NCBI GenBank assembly: GCA_026391805.1
Contig: JAPLDJ010000012.1
Location: 9,268 to 73,267 of the forward strand
DNA from: Bacteroidota bacterium
Lineage (GTDB): Bacteria > Bacteroidota > Bacteroidia > Bacteroidales > FEN-979
Reading direction: 5' to 3'
DNA: 64,000 nt
Positions 34,423 through 45,027 of the stretch are shown one piece after another. A model generated the notes under the pieces. That model saw nothing but the letters and a program-made list of their open reading frames with translations. It made no database searches and had not been told where the DNA came from. The position numbers and the translations under genes were made by a program. Position 1 is the stretch's first letter. Each line of letters starts with the position of its first letter.

Positions 34423-36153
34423 TTGAACACAAACTTTACCCTCGACTGGATCGATTACCTGGTGATGGTAATCTACTTTGCATTTGTACTGGGCATCGGA
34501 TGGGCCCTGAAGCGGTTCATGAAAGACGCCAAATCATTCCTTGAAGCCGGCCGTTCGATGCCGGCCTGGGTGGCCGGACTGGCTTTCATCTCCACAAACC
34601 TTGGTGCGCTCGAGGTGATGGGCATGACCGGTTCGGGACTGAAATACGGGATGCTGACCACCCATTTTTACTGGATAGGAGCGATTCCTGCCATGGTTTT
34701 CCTGGCCCTCTTCATGATGCCGTTCTATTACGGATCGAAGGCGCGGTCGGTACCGGAATACCTGAAACTCCGTTACGATGAGAAAACCCGCGGACTGAAT
34801 GCCCTCATGTTTGCCGTGATGACGATCCTGGCCTCCGGGATATCGATGTATGCCCTTGCCATCCTGATGGAAAAGGTGCTGGGATGGAATTTCCATTTAA
34901 GTCTCATTCTCTCGGCCGCCATCGTGCTGGCCTATACCTACCTTGGCGGACTCTCATCTGCGATCTACAACGAGGTGCTGCAGTTTTTCATCATCGTCAT
35001 CGGCCTGCTGCCGATCGTCTTCCTGAGCCTGAAGGACCTAGGTGGTTGGAGCGGCCTGCAGGATCACCTTGCACCCATCGTTTCGGCAAAAGGATATGCT
35101 GCCGATACCTGGACGACCACCTGGAAATACACCGGATCAGCCCGTGCCAACCCGCTTGGAGTGGAATGGTACGGGATCGCCGCCGGGCTGGGATTTGTCC
35201 TCTCCTTTGGGTACTGGTGCACCAACTTCCTGATCGTGCAACGTGCCATGTCGGCAAATTCGCCGACGGCTGCGCGCAATACGCCCCTGATCGGCGCCAT
35301 TCCCAAGATGTTTATTCCTTTCCTGATTATTGTTCCGGGCATCGCAGCGCTGGTGCTGCTGAATACACCGGGAAAGGGATTCTCGCTTCCATTGAATGCT
35401 ACCGGCCAGCCTATTTACGATTATACGATCATCATGCTGCTTAAACAGTACCTGCCCGCAGGGGTGCTGGGACTCGGCATCACCGCCCTGCTGGCTTCGT
35501 TCATGTCGGGAATGGCAGGAAATGTCTCGGCATTTAATACCGTATGGACCTACGACATTTATCAGAGCTACTTAAGACCTTTGACAGGCAATAAGGAAGC
35601 AGACGAAAAACATTACCTGAAGGTCGGCAGGCTGGCCACCATCTTTGGCGTTGTTGTCAGCATTGCCGCAGCTTACCTTGCAAGCTTGTTCGGCAACATC
35701 ATGGATTTCCTGCAAACGATATTCTCCATGGTCAATGCGCCGCTTTTTGCGGTGATCTTCCTCGGGATGTTCTGGAAGCGAACCACCGGACATGCTGCCT
35801 TTACCGGCCTCCTGGCAGGTTTTCTCATTGCACTGATACATCACGGACTTACCTACCCCGAAGGCGCTGCAACGCTGGTCAAGGGCGGATGGATCGCCAA
35901 ACTGCACATGTACCCAGTGGAGATGGCCCAGAACTTCTGGACGGCCATCTTTGCCTTCTCAACCAGCGCCATTGTTTCCGTTGGATTATCGCTGGTAACA
36001 AAACAAAAACGTTCAACAGACGAACTCAAAGGGCTGGTCTATTCACTCACGCCGCGTTCACTTGCAGAGGATGTTCCATGGTACAGGCGCTCGGTCACAC
36101 TGGCCATTTTCGTGCTGGCCATCGCAACAGTTCTTACAATTCTATTCTGGTAA
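34423..36153 (+). CDS. Sodium:solute symporter (SSS/SLC5 family)
   Basis: 576 aa, about 13-14 TM, SGLT-like sequence. TTG start as in the ORF track. Confidence 0.85.
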   Translation: MNTNFTLDWIDYLVMVIYFAFVLGIGWALKRFMKDAKSFLEAGRSMPAWVAGLAFISTNLGALEVMGMTGSGLKYGMLTTHFYWIGAIPAMVFLALFMMPFYYGSKARSVPEYLKLRYDEKTRGLNALMFAVMTILASGISMYALAILMEKVLGWNFHLSLILSAAIVLAYTYLGGLSSAIYNEVLQFFIIVIGLLPIVFLSLKDLGGWSGLQDHLAPIVSAKGYAADTWTTTWKYTGSARANPLGVEWYGIAAGLGFVLSFGYWCTNFLIVQRAMSANSPTAARNTPLIGAIPKMFIPFLIIVPGIAALVLLNTPGKGFSLPLNATGQPIYDYTIIMLLKQYLPAGVLGLGITALLASFMSGMAGNVSAFNTVWTYDIYQSYLRPLTGNKEADEKHYLKVGRLATIFGVVVSIAAAYLASLFGNIMDFLQTIFSMVNAPLFAVIFLGMFWKRTTGHAAFTGLLAGFLIALIHHGLTYPEGAATLVKGGWIAKLHMYPVEMAQNFWTAIFAFSTSAIVSVGLSLVTKQKRSTDELKGLVYSLTPRSLAEDVPWYRRSVTLAIFVLAIATVLTILFW

Positions 36154-36170
36154 ACTAAAGAGAAAAAGAA

Positions 36171-36383
36171 ATGGGCATTGATATAAAATTTCCGATTGGT
36201 TTAATGTTTTCGATTTTGGGCTTGATCCTGACAGTATACGGACTGTTCACCTCCTCCGATGCGGAACTCTATCGTCCTTCGCTGGGCATCAACATCAACC
36301 TCTGGTCAGGGGCGGGGATGCTGGTATTCGGACTGGTGATGCTGCTACTGGCATGGAAAACCAATAAAAATAAGACGACCTGA
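36171..36383 (+). CDS. Small 2-TM membrane protein
   Basis: 70 aa, two hydrophobic helices, tightly packed between the SSS gene and ogt. Confidence 0.55.
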   Translation: MGIDIKFPIGLMFSILGLILTVYGLFTSSDAELYRPSLGININLWSGAGMLVFGLVMLLLAWKTNKNKTT

Positions 36384-36384
36384 T

Positions 36385-36873
36385 ATGAAAAGCGAACAAA
36401 GGGCTTTCCTCAAAACCCCGCTGGGATATGTGGAAATTGATTGCTCTGACAAAGGTATACGGAGACTTGAATTCATCGAATTCAGCGTCAGGATCAAACG
36501 TACACCAGCCAGCCTGAAAGATTGCAAGGAGCAGCTCCGCGAATATTTTACAGGAAAGCGGAGGGAGTTTACCATCCCGCTCGACCTGCAAGGCACACCG
36601 TTCCAGCTCAGGGTATGGAATGAACTGCTGAAGATCCCGTTCGGGAAAACGATCTCTTACCACGACCTGGCCAAAAGGATAGGGGAGGAGAAGGCTTTGC
36701 GGGCTGTCGGCGGGGCCAATGCACGAAATCCCGTTTCGATCATCGTGCCCTGCCACCGCGTGATCGGCATGAACGGGAAACTGGTCGGGTACGGAGGCGG
36801 GCTCAAACGCAAGAAGTGGCTGCTCGAACACGAATACGCATTCGCGCAGCGGGATCTTTTTTACAACAAGTGA
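36385..36873 (+). CDS. ogt: Methylated-DNA--protein-cysteine methyltransferase
   Basis: PCHRVIG active-site motif; FQLRVWNELLKIPFGKTISY. Confidence 0.9.
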   Translation: MKSEQRAFLKTPLGYVEIDCSDKGIRRLEFIEFSVRIKRTPASLKDCKEQLREYFTGKRREFTIPLDLQGTPFQLRVWNELLKIPFGKTISYHDLAKRIGEEKALRAVGGANARNPVSIIVPCHRVIGMNGKLVGYGGGLKRKKWLLEHEYAFAQRDLFYNK

Positions 36874-36882
36874 TTATTGAAA

Positions 36883-39711
36883 ATGAAAATAATACTGCGG
36901 ACGACTCTCGCTGCACTTTTTATATTCAGTGATTTTTTTGTTTACGCACAAATAAAATCGCTCAGGTTTGATGAGCCCGGCGCGTTATCTGTAAAGGGAA
37001 TCATCCTGCAGAAAAAGCAGGAACTGCCGCTGAAATACGGACTCCCGCTGTTTTCCGTTCTCATCGACAGCAATTTCTACAATTCTTTTTGCGGGAAAAC
37101 GACCTTCGGCAAGAAGGAGATATCGTTTGTCCTGGCCGACAGCATCAATGGGACCATTACTGCGGATCAGAAATTTCAGCCGGGGATTCGTTATACAGTT
37201 CGCTTTACCAATAACGGCAAAGGAAACCACAAAATCGAAAATCTTGTGCCGCTGGGTGAAGGAACGGACAAGGTCTATATCACAGCCGGCGGAACTAAGG
37301 AGTGGCCCCATTACCTATGCCGCTCACTCCTTTACAGGCCCGGTTTTGGACCGGTTGGCGTGATCCTTCCCGATAATGCCTGGCACCTTGGATTTTCCGA
37401 TTTCAGGATCAATGATACGCTGTCATTGACAGCCCTGGCACGGCGCGATCAGCGCGACAAGGATAAGAGTACCATCGACCGGTGGTCTGTAACACTGAAG
37501 CCCGGCGGATGGGTTGAATACAACTTCTGGTTCGACATCCACACGGGCGACTGGCACGACGGGTTGAAGATGATGTTCGCCGGCCGCTATCTTTACGATC
37601 TTCCCTCTTTTGATAACAGATATTTCGAACGGAAAGACCTGCAATGGATGAAGAGCACCTACCTCATGCTCCTTCAGTTTGCATGGGATAAGAAGTTTTA
37701 TGATGCGCGGGCAAAGAAATACAATTTCTACACTTCATTTTCCGAATACGATTCGCTGACAGGAGGTTATGACATCTTCACCCTCTGGCCAACCTGGCCC
37801 CGCCTGGGACTGGATCAGCGGAACCAGTGGGACATGTACCGCGACCTGCCCGGTGGTCTTGCAGAACTGAAAAAACAGGCCGATTTTCTTCATAACAGGG
37901 GAAAGAAATATTTTATTTCCTACAACCCATGGGATGAGAATACTCGCAAAGAAGATCAGCTCAAAGGGATGGAAGAACTGCTCCGGGCTTCAGATGCCGA
38001 CGGCGTGGTGCTCGATACGCGGGGATCCTCCTCCAAGGAATTACAGGCCGCGGCAGATAAGGTAAAACCAGGAATTATCATGTACAGCGAGGGGATGGCC
38101 GTTCCGAAGGATATGCCCGGTATCGTTGCCGGAAGGGTGCATGATGCACTGGTGCTTCCGCCGCCACTCAACCTGAACAAACTGATCAAGCCCGATTTTG
38201 CAATTTTCAGGGTTCTGCAACTGGCCGACGACAGGATTCACCGCGAACTGGCGATCTCCTTCTTCAATGGCTACGGCGTGGAGATCAATACCATGCGGCC
38301 CGGCCGCCCTTCCTGGATCAGGGAAGAATATGCATACCTCGGGAAAACCACGAAGATCCTTCGGGAGAACAACTCCGTCTTCCATAATTCCGATTGGATG
38401 CCGCTTATCGAAACACTAACTGATAGTATTTATGTGAACCGGTGGATGTCGGATCATAAAATCCTCTTTACGATTTACAGCCTTAAACCGGAAGGTTTCA
38501 ACGGAGCCCTTTTCGAACTTTCTTCACTTCAGCAGGTAGCAGCAAAGCTCTTCGGCCCTGATGGCTACCATGCCGTTGATCTATGGAATCATTCAGAAAC
38601 GGATATCATAAATCAGGATAGAAAGATCCTTGTTCCTGTATCCATCGATCCCTTCGACCGTGCCTTCCTGGGTACCAGAAGGGAAGGAAGTGCCGGTTGC
38701 ATCGCCCTGCTTCCGAAGCTGATGAAGGCTGAATTCAAAGGAGATTCCATTGTCTTTTCTGCGGAAAAGGGCGACAGCATCAGGCTGACAGCAGGTGAAC
38801 CGACCTACCGGTCAAAAACCTTTACCTTCTCTGCAAAAGGAAATACGATCCTATGGCAGGATTATTTTGACATTACGACAGAAAAGGTTGTTCTGCAGCT
38901 ATTCGGAGGAAATGAACTTTTTGACGAGCGCATATTGCAGATCAGGAATGATGTTCCTGTGCTCATTTCAGGCTTAAAGCAGACGAAACTGGCAGAAGGT
39001 GATTTTGAAATGATGAAACTGATCCCGGAAGGCACGTTCCGTTATTATACCAGGCGGGCTGAAGGCTCGGCTGATCCCTTTATAACGTTACCGGATCATC
39101 ACGACACCGTCGAAGTGAAAATGCATAAGTTTTACATCGACAAGTACCCTGTAACAAACCGGCAATGGCTGGTATTCGTGAAACGCACACGCTATGAGCC
39201 GCACGACACCACCAATTACCTGAAGCACTGGGTGAACGGGTACATTCCGGAAGGACAGGAGAACTTTCCCGTGGTTTATATCGGCCCGGATGATGTAAAA
39301 GCTTTTGCAAAATGGGCGGGAAAGCGGCTCCCGACCGAAATGGAATGGCAGTATGCAGCCCAGGGGAACGACCTGCGGAAATATCCGTGGGGAAACAGTA
39401 TGGACAGTACGAAATGCAATTATAACCTCAATCATCCGACGGCCGTCGATGCCTGGCCTCAAGGGGCGAGTCCGTTTGGAGTTGAAGATTTGATCGGGAA
39501 CGTCTGGCAGATGACTGCAGACAATTACGATGTGGGAAGTTATTATTATATGATGATCCGGGGAGGAAGTTACTACCACCCGGCTTCAAGTCCCTGGTAT
39601 GTCACTGGAGGGCCTGTGCCTGCTGATCACCCGGAAATGCTGCTGCTGATGGCGCCCGGCCTCGACAGGAATGCCACGGTCGGTTTCAGGCTTGCAATGG
39701 ATGCAAAATAG
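36883..39711 (+). CDS. Secreted fusion: about 700-aa unknown N-terminal region (possibly TIM-barrel GH-like) plus C-terminal FGE/SUMF1-fold domain
   Basis: C-terminal FYIDKYPVTNRQW, GKRLPTEMEWQYAAQG, YPWGN, GNVWQMT and RGGSYY. Signal peptide MKIILRTTLAALFIFSDFFVYAQ. Confidence 0.75.
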   Translation: MKIILRTTLAALFIFSDFFVYAQIKSLRFDEPGALSVKGIILQKKQELPLKYGLPLFSVLIDSNFYNSFCGKTTFGKKEISFVLADSINGTITADQKFQPGIRYTVRFTNNGKGNHKIENLVPLGEGTDKVYITAGGTKEWPHYLCRSLLYRPGFGPVGVILPDNAWHLGFSDFRINDTLSLTALARRDQRDKDKSTIDRWSVTLKPGGWVEYNFWFDIHTGDWHDGLKMMFAGRYLYDLPSFDNRYFERKDLQWMKSTYLMLLQFAWDKKFYDARAKKYNFYTSFSEYDSLTGGYDIFTLWPTWPRLGLDQRNQWDMYRDLPGGLAELKKQADFLHNRGKKYFISYNPWDENTRKEDQLKGMEELLRASDADGVVLDTRGSSSKELQAAADKVKPGIIMYSEGMAVPKDMPGIVAGRVHDALVLPPPLNLNKLIKPDFAIFRVLQLADDRIHRELAISFFNGYGVEINTMRPGRPSWIREEYAYLGKTTKILRENNSVFHNSDWMPLIETLTDSIYVNRWMSDHKILFTIYSLKPEGFNGALFELSSLQQVAAKLFGPDGYHAVDLWNHSETDIINQDRKILVPVSIDPFDRAFLGTRREGSAGCIALLPKLMKAEFKGDSIVFSAEKGDSIRLTAGEPTYRSKTFTFSAKGNTILWQDYFDITTEKVVLQLFGGNELFDERILQIRNDVPVLISGLKQTKLAEGDFEMMKLIPEGTFRYYTRRAEGSADPFITLPDHHDTVEVKMHKFYIDKYPVTNRQWLVFVKRTRYEPHDTTNYLKHWVNGYIPEGQENFPVVYIGPDDVKAFAKWAGKRLPTEMEWQYAAQGNDLRKYPWGNSMDSTKCNYNLNHPTAVDAWPQGASPFGVEDLIGNVWQMTADNYDVGSYYYMMIRGGSYYHPASSPWYVTGGPVPADHPEMLLLMAPGLDRNATVGFRLAMDAK

Positions 39712-39716
39712 AGGAA

Positions 39717-40730
39717 CTACTGTTTCAGGAGCCAGGCATCCGGCCAGGTTTTCTTAACCACCCTCAGGGCGCTGTCGGCTTTTGTTTTTCCGGTGAATTC
39801 CATGACAGAGACCCGAAGCTTGCCATTCTTTTCAATAACCCGGGCCGTTGTATACCCTTTCGCCTGGACATCCTTCAGGAACCGCTGCTGCTCTTTTTCC
39901 GGGGCAACGCCTTTGATGATGATGAAATAATATTCCTTCCCCTCTGCCAATGGAGCCGGATTAACCGGAACAACAGGCGTCTTCTCAACTTTTACCGGTG
40001 CAGGTTTTGGTTTCTTCTCTTTTGTTACAGGCTCCACAGGTTTCTTAACGGGCTCACTCTTCGTTTCTTCCTTCTTCATGGCCTCATTTTTCACCGTCCC
40101 GGGTTTTTCTAAGGGCTGGGGCTTTGGAGGTTCCTGCCCGCAAATCAACGGCTCGCCTGCAGGATCAGCCAGTTCTCCGAACCACGCACAGGCATAATTC
40201 TCATAGATCCCGATTCCGATGGCATTCCAACGCTTTCCCTGCCATTTACCGGTATTCATCAGGAAACTGTTGAAATAATCCATCGACTTCCAGAAAACAA
40301 TAATGCTGTCGATAACGGCCGGGCTGTTTTCCCAGTAAACGATCTCGTATCCTTTCCCTCTGTATTCCGTCAGCTCTTTTGGTTTATCCCAGATACTGTT
40401 CTTTTTATTCTCGTCCCGCGGATAACAGAATGGCCGCCAGCTGCCCTGGTCCGACCATGAATGTGAATTGCAGGATCCCTGGTCGGGGTGGTGAAAGAAA
40501 AGATCCTTCACATGCGTCGACGCCACAAAACACAATGACTTTGACAATGGGATGGGAGGAAGGTCGTAGCGCTGCCGGTAGGCATTGATCATGTTATAGA
40601 GCTTATTTTCCATGACGGAGACACAGAACGATGCCGGAACAACAGCAGCAGGTTTTTCCGATACCTGGGCAGTCAGGGTGACCCGAAAACAGCAAAAGAC
40701 AAGTAAGGCAAGAATAACAATTCGCTTCAT
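39717..40730 (-). CDS. Secreted CAP (SCP/YkwD-like) domain protein with Lys/Pro-rich linker and SPOR-like C-terminus
   Basis: MINAYRQRYDLPPIPLSKSLCFVASTHVKDL (CAP-like). The last ~70 aa resemble a SPOR domain. ATGA overlap with the upstream gene. Confidence 0.5.
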   Translation of the reverse strand: MKRIVILALLVFCCFRVTLTAQVSEKPAAVVPASFCVSVMENKLYNMINAYRQRYDLPPIPLSKSLCFVASTHVKDLFFHHPDQGSCNSHSWSDQGSWRPFCYPRDENKKNSIWDKPKELTEYRGKGYEIVYWENSPAVIDSIIVFWKSMDYFNSFLMNTGKWQGKRWNAIGIGIYENYACAWFGELADPAGEPLICGQEPPKPQPLEKPGTVKNEAMKKEETKSEPVKKPVEPVTKEKKPKPAPVKVEKTPVVPVNPAPLAEGKEYYFIIIKGVAPEKEQQRFLKDVQAKGYTTARVIEKNGKLRVSVMEFTGKTKADSALRVVKKTWPDAWLLKQ

Positions 40731-42748
40731 TTTTTCTTCGCGGGTTTTAGGGCCTGAGGAGAAGCAGGCATCTCTTCATACGAATTAAATTTAAAAATGT
40801 TCTCGCGGTCAGGAATGCGGGCAAAAAATCCGAACCGGCCCGACCTGTTCTCGATCTTCAGCAGGAGCTTGTTCCATCCCTTATTGATCTTTACGAAGAC
40901 CCGTCCCTGGTCGGGTTCCATCAGCTTTCCCCTGCGCTGTGTGAACACTTTAGTGTAATTGTAATAGACCTTAATGCCATCGTCTGATCCGATGAACAGA
41001 CTTGCAAGCCGTGGCTCAGGTGAATAAATGTAGGCAAGCGCATAAAAGATTGCAGGCTGATCGAGCCTTACCATCTTATCAAAGGAAACATACCCGTCGG
41101 CATCGGGTCTTACTTCCTGCCAGTGCAGGGTTTTTCCGTTAAGACCGGTAATGATCTGCTTCATGTCGATGGAAGCTTCAGGCCGGTAGATCGAATCCAT
41201 TCCCGAATAGGAATTGTCGCGGCGTTTCAGGTTCGGAAAAGGACCGATCACTTTCCAGACAGGGATGAAAGAGCGCTTCGGATCGAGCTTTATTCCGTCG
41301 AGGCCCGTGTTATAACCGGAAGAAAGACTGTCCTTGCCGGTATTCACAAATGTGAGGGTGAGTGCATTGTAAGGATTGGTGAAATTACGTATGACGATAT
41401 CGCCCCCCGGCATGATCATGGGTGCATATCCTTTGATTTGTCCGACCTTTTCAGATCCCATAAAGACATCCACATTCCCGTAATCCGGTCCCTTTGTATA
41501 ATAAATATAGATATCGTAGCCGCTCTCGTCGAGCTGGCCAATGTTCAGGGAAAACTGATCACGCGGTCCTGTTTCGATCAGCATCTGCTTCGAACCGCTC
41601 CATTCTGCGCCATAATCGCTCATATCCATGACCTTTGTCCGGATTTTTGCAGGATTGAAGTTCAGTTTTTCTGCTTCCATGATATCCCTTGGCGGAATGA
41701 TCCTGAGCGGGATCCTGAAACCGGATTTGAGCATCGGCGGATACTTCACATGCGGTTCCATCTGGTACCAGTAAACCGTACTGCTGTAATCCGCCATCGC
41801 CGTGTTGTTATATCCGTGCTCGATGGAAAAATCGATCGATTTCTTGAAGGGGATCGGATCCAGGATGTGAAAACGGTAAGCGGAGATCCGCCCCAGTGAA
41901 TCATCTTTCAGCACCAGCCCGTTGTACGGACCTGCATATTCACCTTTGTTGAAATACCATCCGCTGGAGAAATAATCTTCAGTACCGGTACCGTAAATGG
42001 AAGGTTTCTTCTCTCCATCCACAAATACCCATTCCCGGCCCTCCAGGTAATTAAAGGCGCCGTCGTATGACTGCATGCTCATGTTTACCCCGACAATATG
42101 ACCTTTTCCCTTGGTCTTCAGGATAGTATAGTTGGTGTCATAATCGGTCAGCACATCCCGGTGCCAGCTGGCATGAAAATAGGCCGCCTCTCTTCCGAGC
42201 GGACTTTCAAGCTTCTGGTAATCGATCTGCGCATAGAATCCTTTTAATTCCTGACCCGTTTGGTTCACAACTACCATTCTTGCCTGGTCTTCGAACGGCA
42301 TGGGGAAGAAACAGGTAAAACCACCGGATGACATCCCAAGGTATGGCGTTACATATTGCCTGTAAGCGTAGCCGCTTCCAAAGAAATCACCGAGGGGAAC
42401 TTCCACTGACGGGTCATCCTCATTATCCCAGTATATTTTCAGCAGTACCCTCCTGAGGTAATAGGGATCGCTGGAATTGACCTGGAACCACATGCGTGTG
42501 ATGATCCCCGGCCCTGAAACATCAAAGATTGTGGCTTCCTTTCCGGCCGGTATCGTGACCATATCCTGGTTTCCGCCGGTTGTATCATGTGTCGAAACCT
42601 GGATCAGCTTGCTCTCCTTGAGGTTTGGCAACGATCCCGGGCTCAGGATATTTTCAATATCTGCCTTATTATAGGTAGAAGTGCAGGAGTGCAGAAGTAG
42701 TGCAAGCAGCCCCGTCATACAAAGAATGACCAACGAACGATTTTTCAT
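40727..42748 (-). CDS. DUF2961/GH172-like glycoside hydrolase with C-terminal jelly-roll extension
   Basis: ITRMWFQV..LKIYWDNEDDPSVEVPLGDFFGSGY is typical of DUF2961. Lipoprotein-like signal peptide. Confidence 0.7.
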   Translation of the reverse strand: MKNRSLVILCMTGLLALLLHSCTSTYNKADIENILSPGSLPNLKESKLIQVSTHDTTGGNQDMVTIPAGKEATIFDVSGPGIITRMWFQVNSSDPYYLRRVLLKIYWDNEDDPSVEVPLGDFFGSGYAYRQYVTPYLGMSSGGFTCFFPMPFEDQARMVVVNQTGQELKGFYAQIDYQKLESPLGREAAYFHASWHRDVLTDYDTNYTILKTKGKGHIVGVNMSMQSYDGAFNYLEGREWVFVDGEKKPSIYGTGTEDYFSSGWYFNKGEYAGPYNGLVLKDDSLGRISAYRFHILDPIPFKKSIDFSIEHGYNNTAMADYSSTVYWYQMEPHVKYPPMLKSGFRIPLRIIPPRDIMEAEKLNFNPAKIRTKVMDMSDYGAEWSGSKQMLIETGPRDQFSLNIGQLDESGYDIYIYYTKGPDYGNVDVFMGSEKVGQIKGYAPMIMPGGDIVIRNFTNPYNALTLTFVNTGKDSLSSGYNTGLDGIKLDPKRSFIPVWKVIGPFPNLKRRDNSYSGMDSIYRPEASIDMKQIITGLNGKTLHWQEVRPDADGYVSFDKMVRLDQPAIFYALAYIYSPEPRLASLFIGSDDGIKVYYNYTKVFTQRRGKLMEPDQGRVFVKINKGWNKLLLKIENRSGRFGFFARIPDRENIFKFNSYEEMPASPQALKPAKKK

Positions 42749-42794
42749 TTCTGTGAAGAATAAACCGGAAATCTGTGAATTCCCGAATCGGGTG

Positions 42795-42802
42795 CAAAAT
42801 TA
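42795..42802 (-). promoter_or_regulatory. -7 box TAATTTTG
   Basis: Reverse complement of CAAAATTA, about 47 nt upstream of the ATG at 42748. Confidence 0.4.
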
Positions 42803-42804
42803 TA

Positions 42805-44961
42805 TCATTTCTCCGGTTTTGCGGTGTATTCCTCAATCAACAATTTTGCAAGGATGGAATCCCAGATATAATTGGGGGGACAATTCAGTACCTCATTATC
42901 CGGGCTGAACGATTCCCAGAAATTATGATTTTTTGAAAGTTGTGTTGATGCACAGAGGATCATCTTGCCGGCCAGTTTATGTGAAATGTCGTTGTATCCA
43001 TACTCTTTCAGACCATCGTAAACCATGTAATCCCAAAGCAGCCAGACCGGCCCGTTCCATTTGCAGCAGTAATCGACATACGGACTGTACCATGGATCCG
43101 TTGCGGAAAGTGTAGGCACACCATACTTCCTCCAGAACCGGGTAGTATCGGTCAGCGCTGTAATAAGTTTTTCGGCACGATCCTTTGGTGCAACACCTGC
43201 CCATAACGCCAGGAAGCCAATGATCTCCTGGCGCTTCAGGTCACGGGTCATGAATTTAAAGGAATAATCTTTTTTATTGACGGAATAATAGAAACCTGTT
43301 GAGTCATCCCACATCCTTTTATTCACCAGACCGGAAGTCTTTTCGGCCAGGTTCATCCATTCCCTCGATTCTTCAGTTTTTCCGAGGACAGCAGCCATTT
43401 TTGCAAGGCATTTCTCCTCCTTGATCACCATCAGGGTAAGGTCAAGGCATTCCAGTTCATCCGAGATATCCTCCTTGTCCACATCCAGGTACCGTTCTGC
43501 AGAAACCTGGAAGACCGCATTGTACCAGTCGCGCACATTTTCAATGATCCCATAAGGGCCCCATTCAAAAGTGCCGTCGCCGTTGGCATCCCGGTTCTTC
43601 ATCAGCCAATGAACATATTTTGTCCCTGAAGCATAGGCTTCTTTCAGGAATTGCTTGTCTTTCGAAACACCATATACCTCCCAGTTGATCCAGCTGAAAA
43701 ACGGTGCAGAAGTCGTCGGCATGTTTTTGTGCGGATAATCCTGCTTTCCCCTAGGTCCGTGCCGGTAGGCGATCAGTCCGCTGCTGTCCTGCTGTTCCAT
43801 GTATACCCGCTGGGATCCTTCGGCGGAGAGTGCATCAAGATAAGCATACGAAAGCATGCTTAGCGATTCATGGAGGACCTGGTGCCCGTGGCCCCAGCCC
43901 CACAGGGGATTCCGTGAAAATGAATAAAAATTGTACTTTGTCTTACCTGACGCCGGGTACATGCATCCCCTTACAAGGTTGAATGATCCGAGGTAAACAA
44001 GTTTTTCGGCTGTAGTCCTGAACGTGATCCTCGGAATGTTCCTGTAGAGCATGAAATTGTCTTCCAGGAATGTCTTCAGAAAGATCGGTTTCATCTTTGA
44101 TGCCTCTGCAAAAAGTGAATCGGGAAGCTCTTTCTGCGACTGAACCCCGCGCATATACCTGAAATCCGCAGTCTCCCCGGGACGAAGCCGTTTTTTGAGC
44201 TGCAGGGCAATGAAATCAACGAAACCTTCCTTCAGATGGTTCAAAGAATCATTCTTTTTATCGGAATAATAATCCGTCTTGATCCTGTCATAAAAATCCG
44301 TTATGGAACCGGAATAACCACCGTACGAACAAACCCTTTGGTTTGAGGTAAAGAAATCCCGGGTATGAAGAAGGTAGGGGTAATCTGTTTTCAGGCTGCT
44401 GATGAGCCTGTAAGGACTTTCATACCTGTTCGTGACATATCCGTCATGTGCCTCATCGTATCCTTTGATCTCGAGCGAATCGTTTCCGAGCTGCAGGATG
44501 GGGTAGATAGCCAGTTCGTGTGGAATACGATCCGTATTTCTGACTTCCATATTAACAACGGCAAGCGTCGAGCTGTATACAAGGAAAGTCTCCGTAACAT
44601 GGATTCCGCGGAACGGCTCATATTCCATCACCATCATATCCGGGAACGAATATTTGATCACGGGCTTTTTGAAATACTCGCCGGTATTCATCACAACAAC
44701 CTCATCGATCTTCCATAAGGCAAACATGCTTCCGGCATGGTCGCTGGAATAGGTGACCGGACGGCAGTCGGAGTAATAATCCATCTTGTAGGCCTTGTCG
44801 CCGTACAACCGTGAACGGGCTATGGTCGCTGCATAGGTGGTGTAAAGCGGATCATTCGCCGTTGCGTTGATCTTCAGATAATCGGCGAGAACCTGTAAGG
44901 TCTGTGAAGGCGAAATGAACGGCAATAGTATCAATAGAAAGAGTAAACGGATTCTTTTCAT
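42805..44961 (-). CDS. (alpha/alpha)6-barrel glycoside hydrolase, GH63/MGH1/trehalase-like
   Basis: WGWGHGHQVLHESLSMLSYAY; C-terminal WRKYGVPTLSATDPWY..WNGPVWLLWDY. Paralogous to the C-terminal half of 45279..50795. Confidence 0.7.
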   Translation of the reverse strand: MKRIRLLFLLILLPFISPSQTLQVLADYLKINATANDPLYTTYAATIARSRLYGDKAYKMDYYSDCRPVTYSSDHAGSMFALWKIDEVVVMNTGEYFKKPVIKYSFPDMMVMEYEPFRGIHVTETFLVYSSTLAVVNMEVRNTDRIPHELAIYPILQLGNDSLEIKGYDEAHDGYVTNRYESPYRLISSLKTDYPYLLHTRDFFTSNQRVCSYGGYSGSITDFYDRIKTDYYSDKKNDSLNHLKEGFVDFIALQLKKRLRPGETADFRYMRGVQSQKELPDSLFAEASKMKPIFLKTFLEDNFMLYRNIPRITFRTTAEKLVYLGSFNLVRGCMYPASGKTKYNFYSFSRNPLWGWGHGHQVLHESLSMLSYAYLDALSAEGSQRVYMEQQDSSGLIAYRHGPRGKQDYPHKNMPTTSAPFFSWINWEVYGVSKDKQFLKEAYASGTKYVHWLMKNRDANGDGTFEWGPYGIIENVRDWYNAVFQVSAERYLDVDKEDISDELECLDLTLMVIKEEKCLAKMAAVLGKTEESREWMNLAEKTSGLVNKRMWDDSTGFYYSVNKKDYSFKFMTRDLKRQEIIGFLALWAGVAPKDRAEKLITALTDTTRFWRKYGVPTLSATDPWYSPYVDYCCKWNGPVWLLWDYMVYDGLKEYGYNDISHKLAGKMILCASTQLSKNHNFWESFSPDNEVLNCPPNYIWDSILAKLLIEEYTAKPEK

Positions 44962-45027
44962 AACAATAATTTTTGCATAATGTTTAACACATCAATCTCC
45001 CGAAACTATACCCCTTATCTTGAATTA

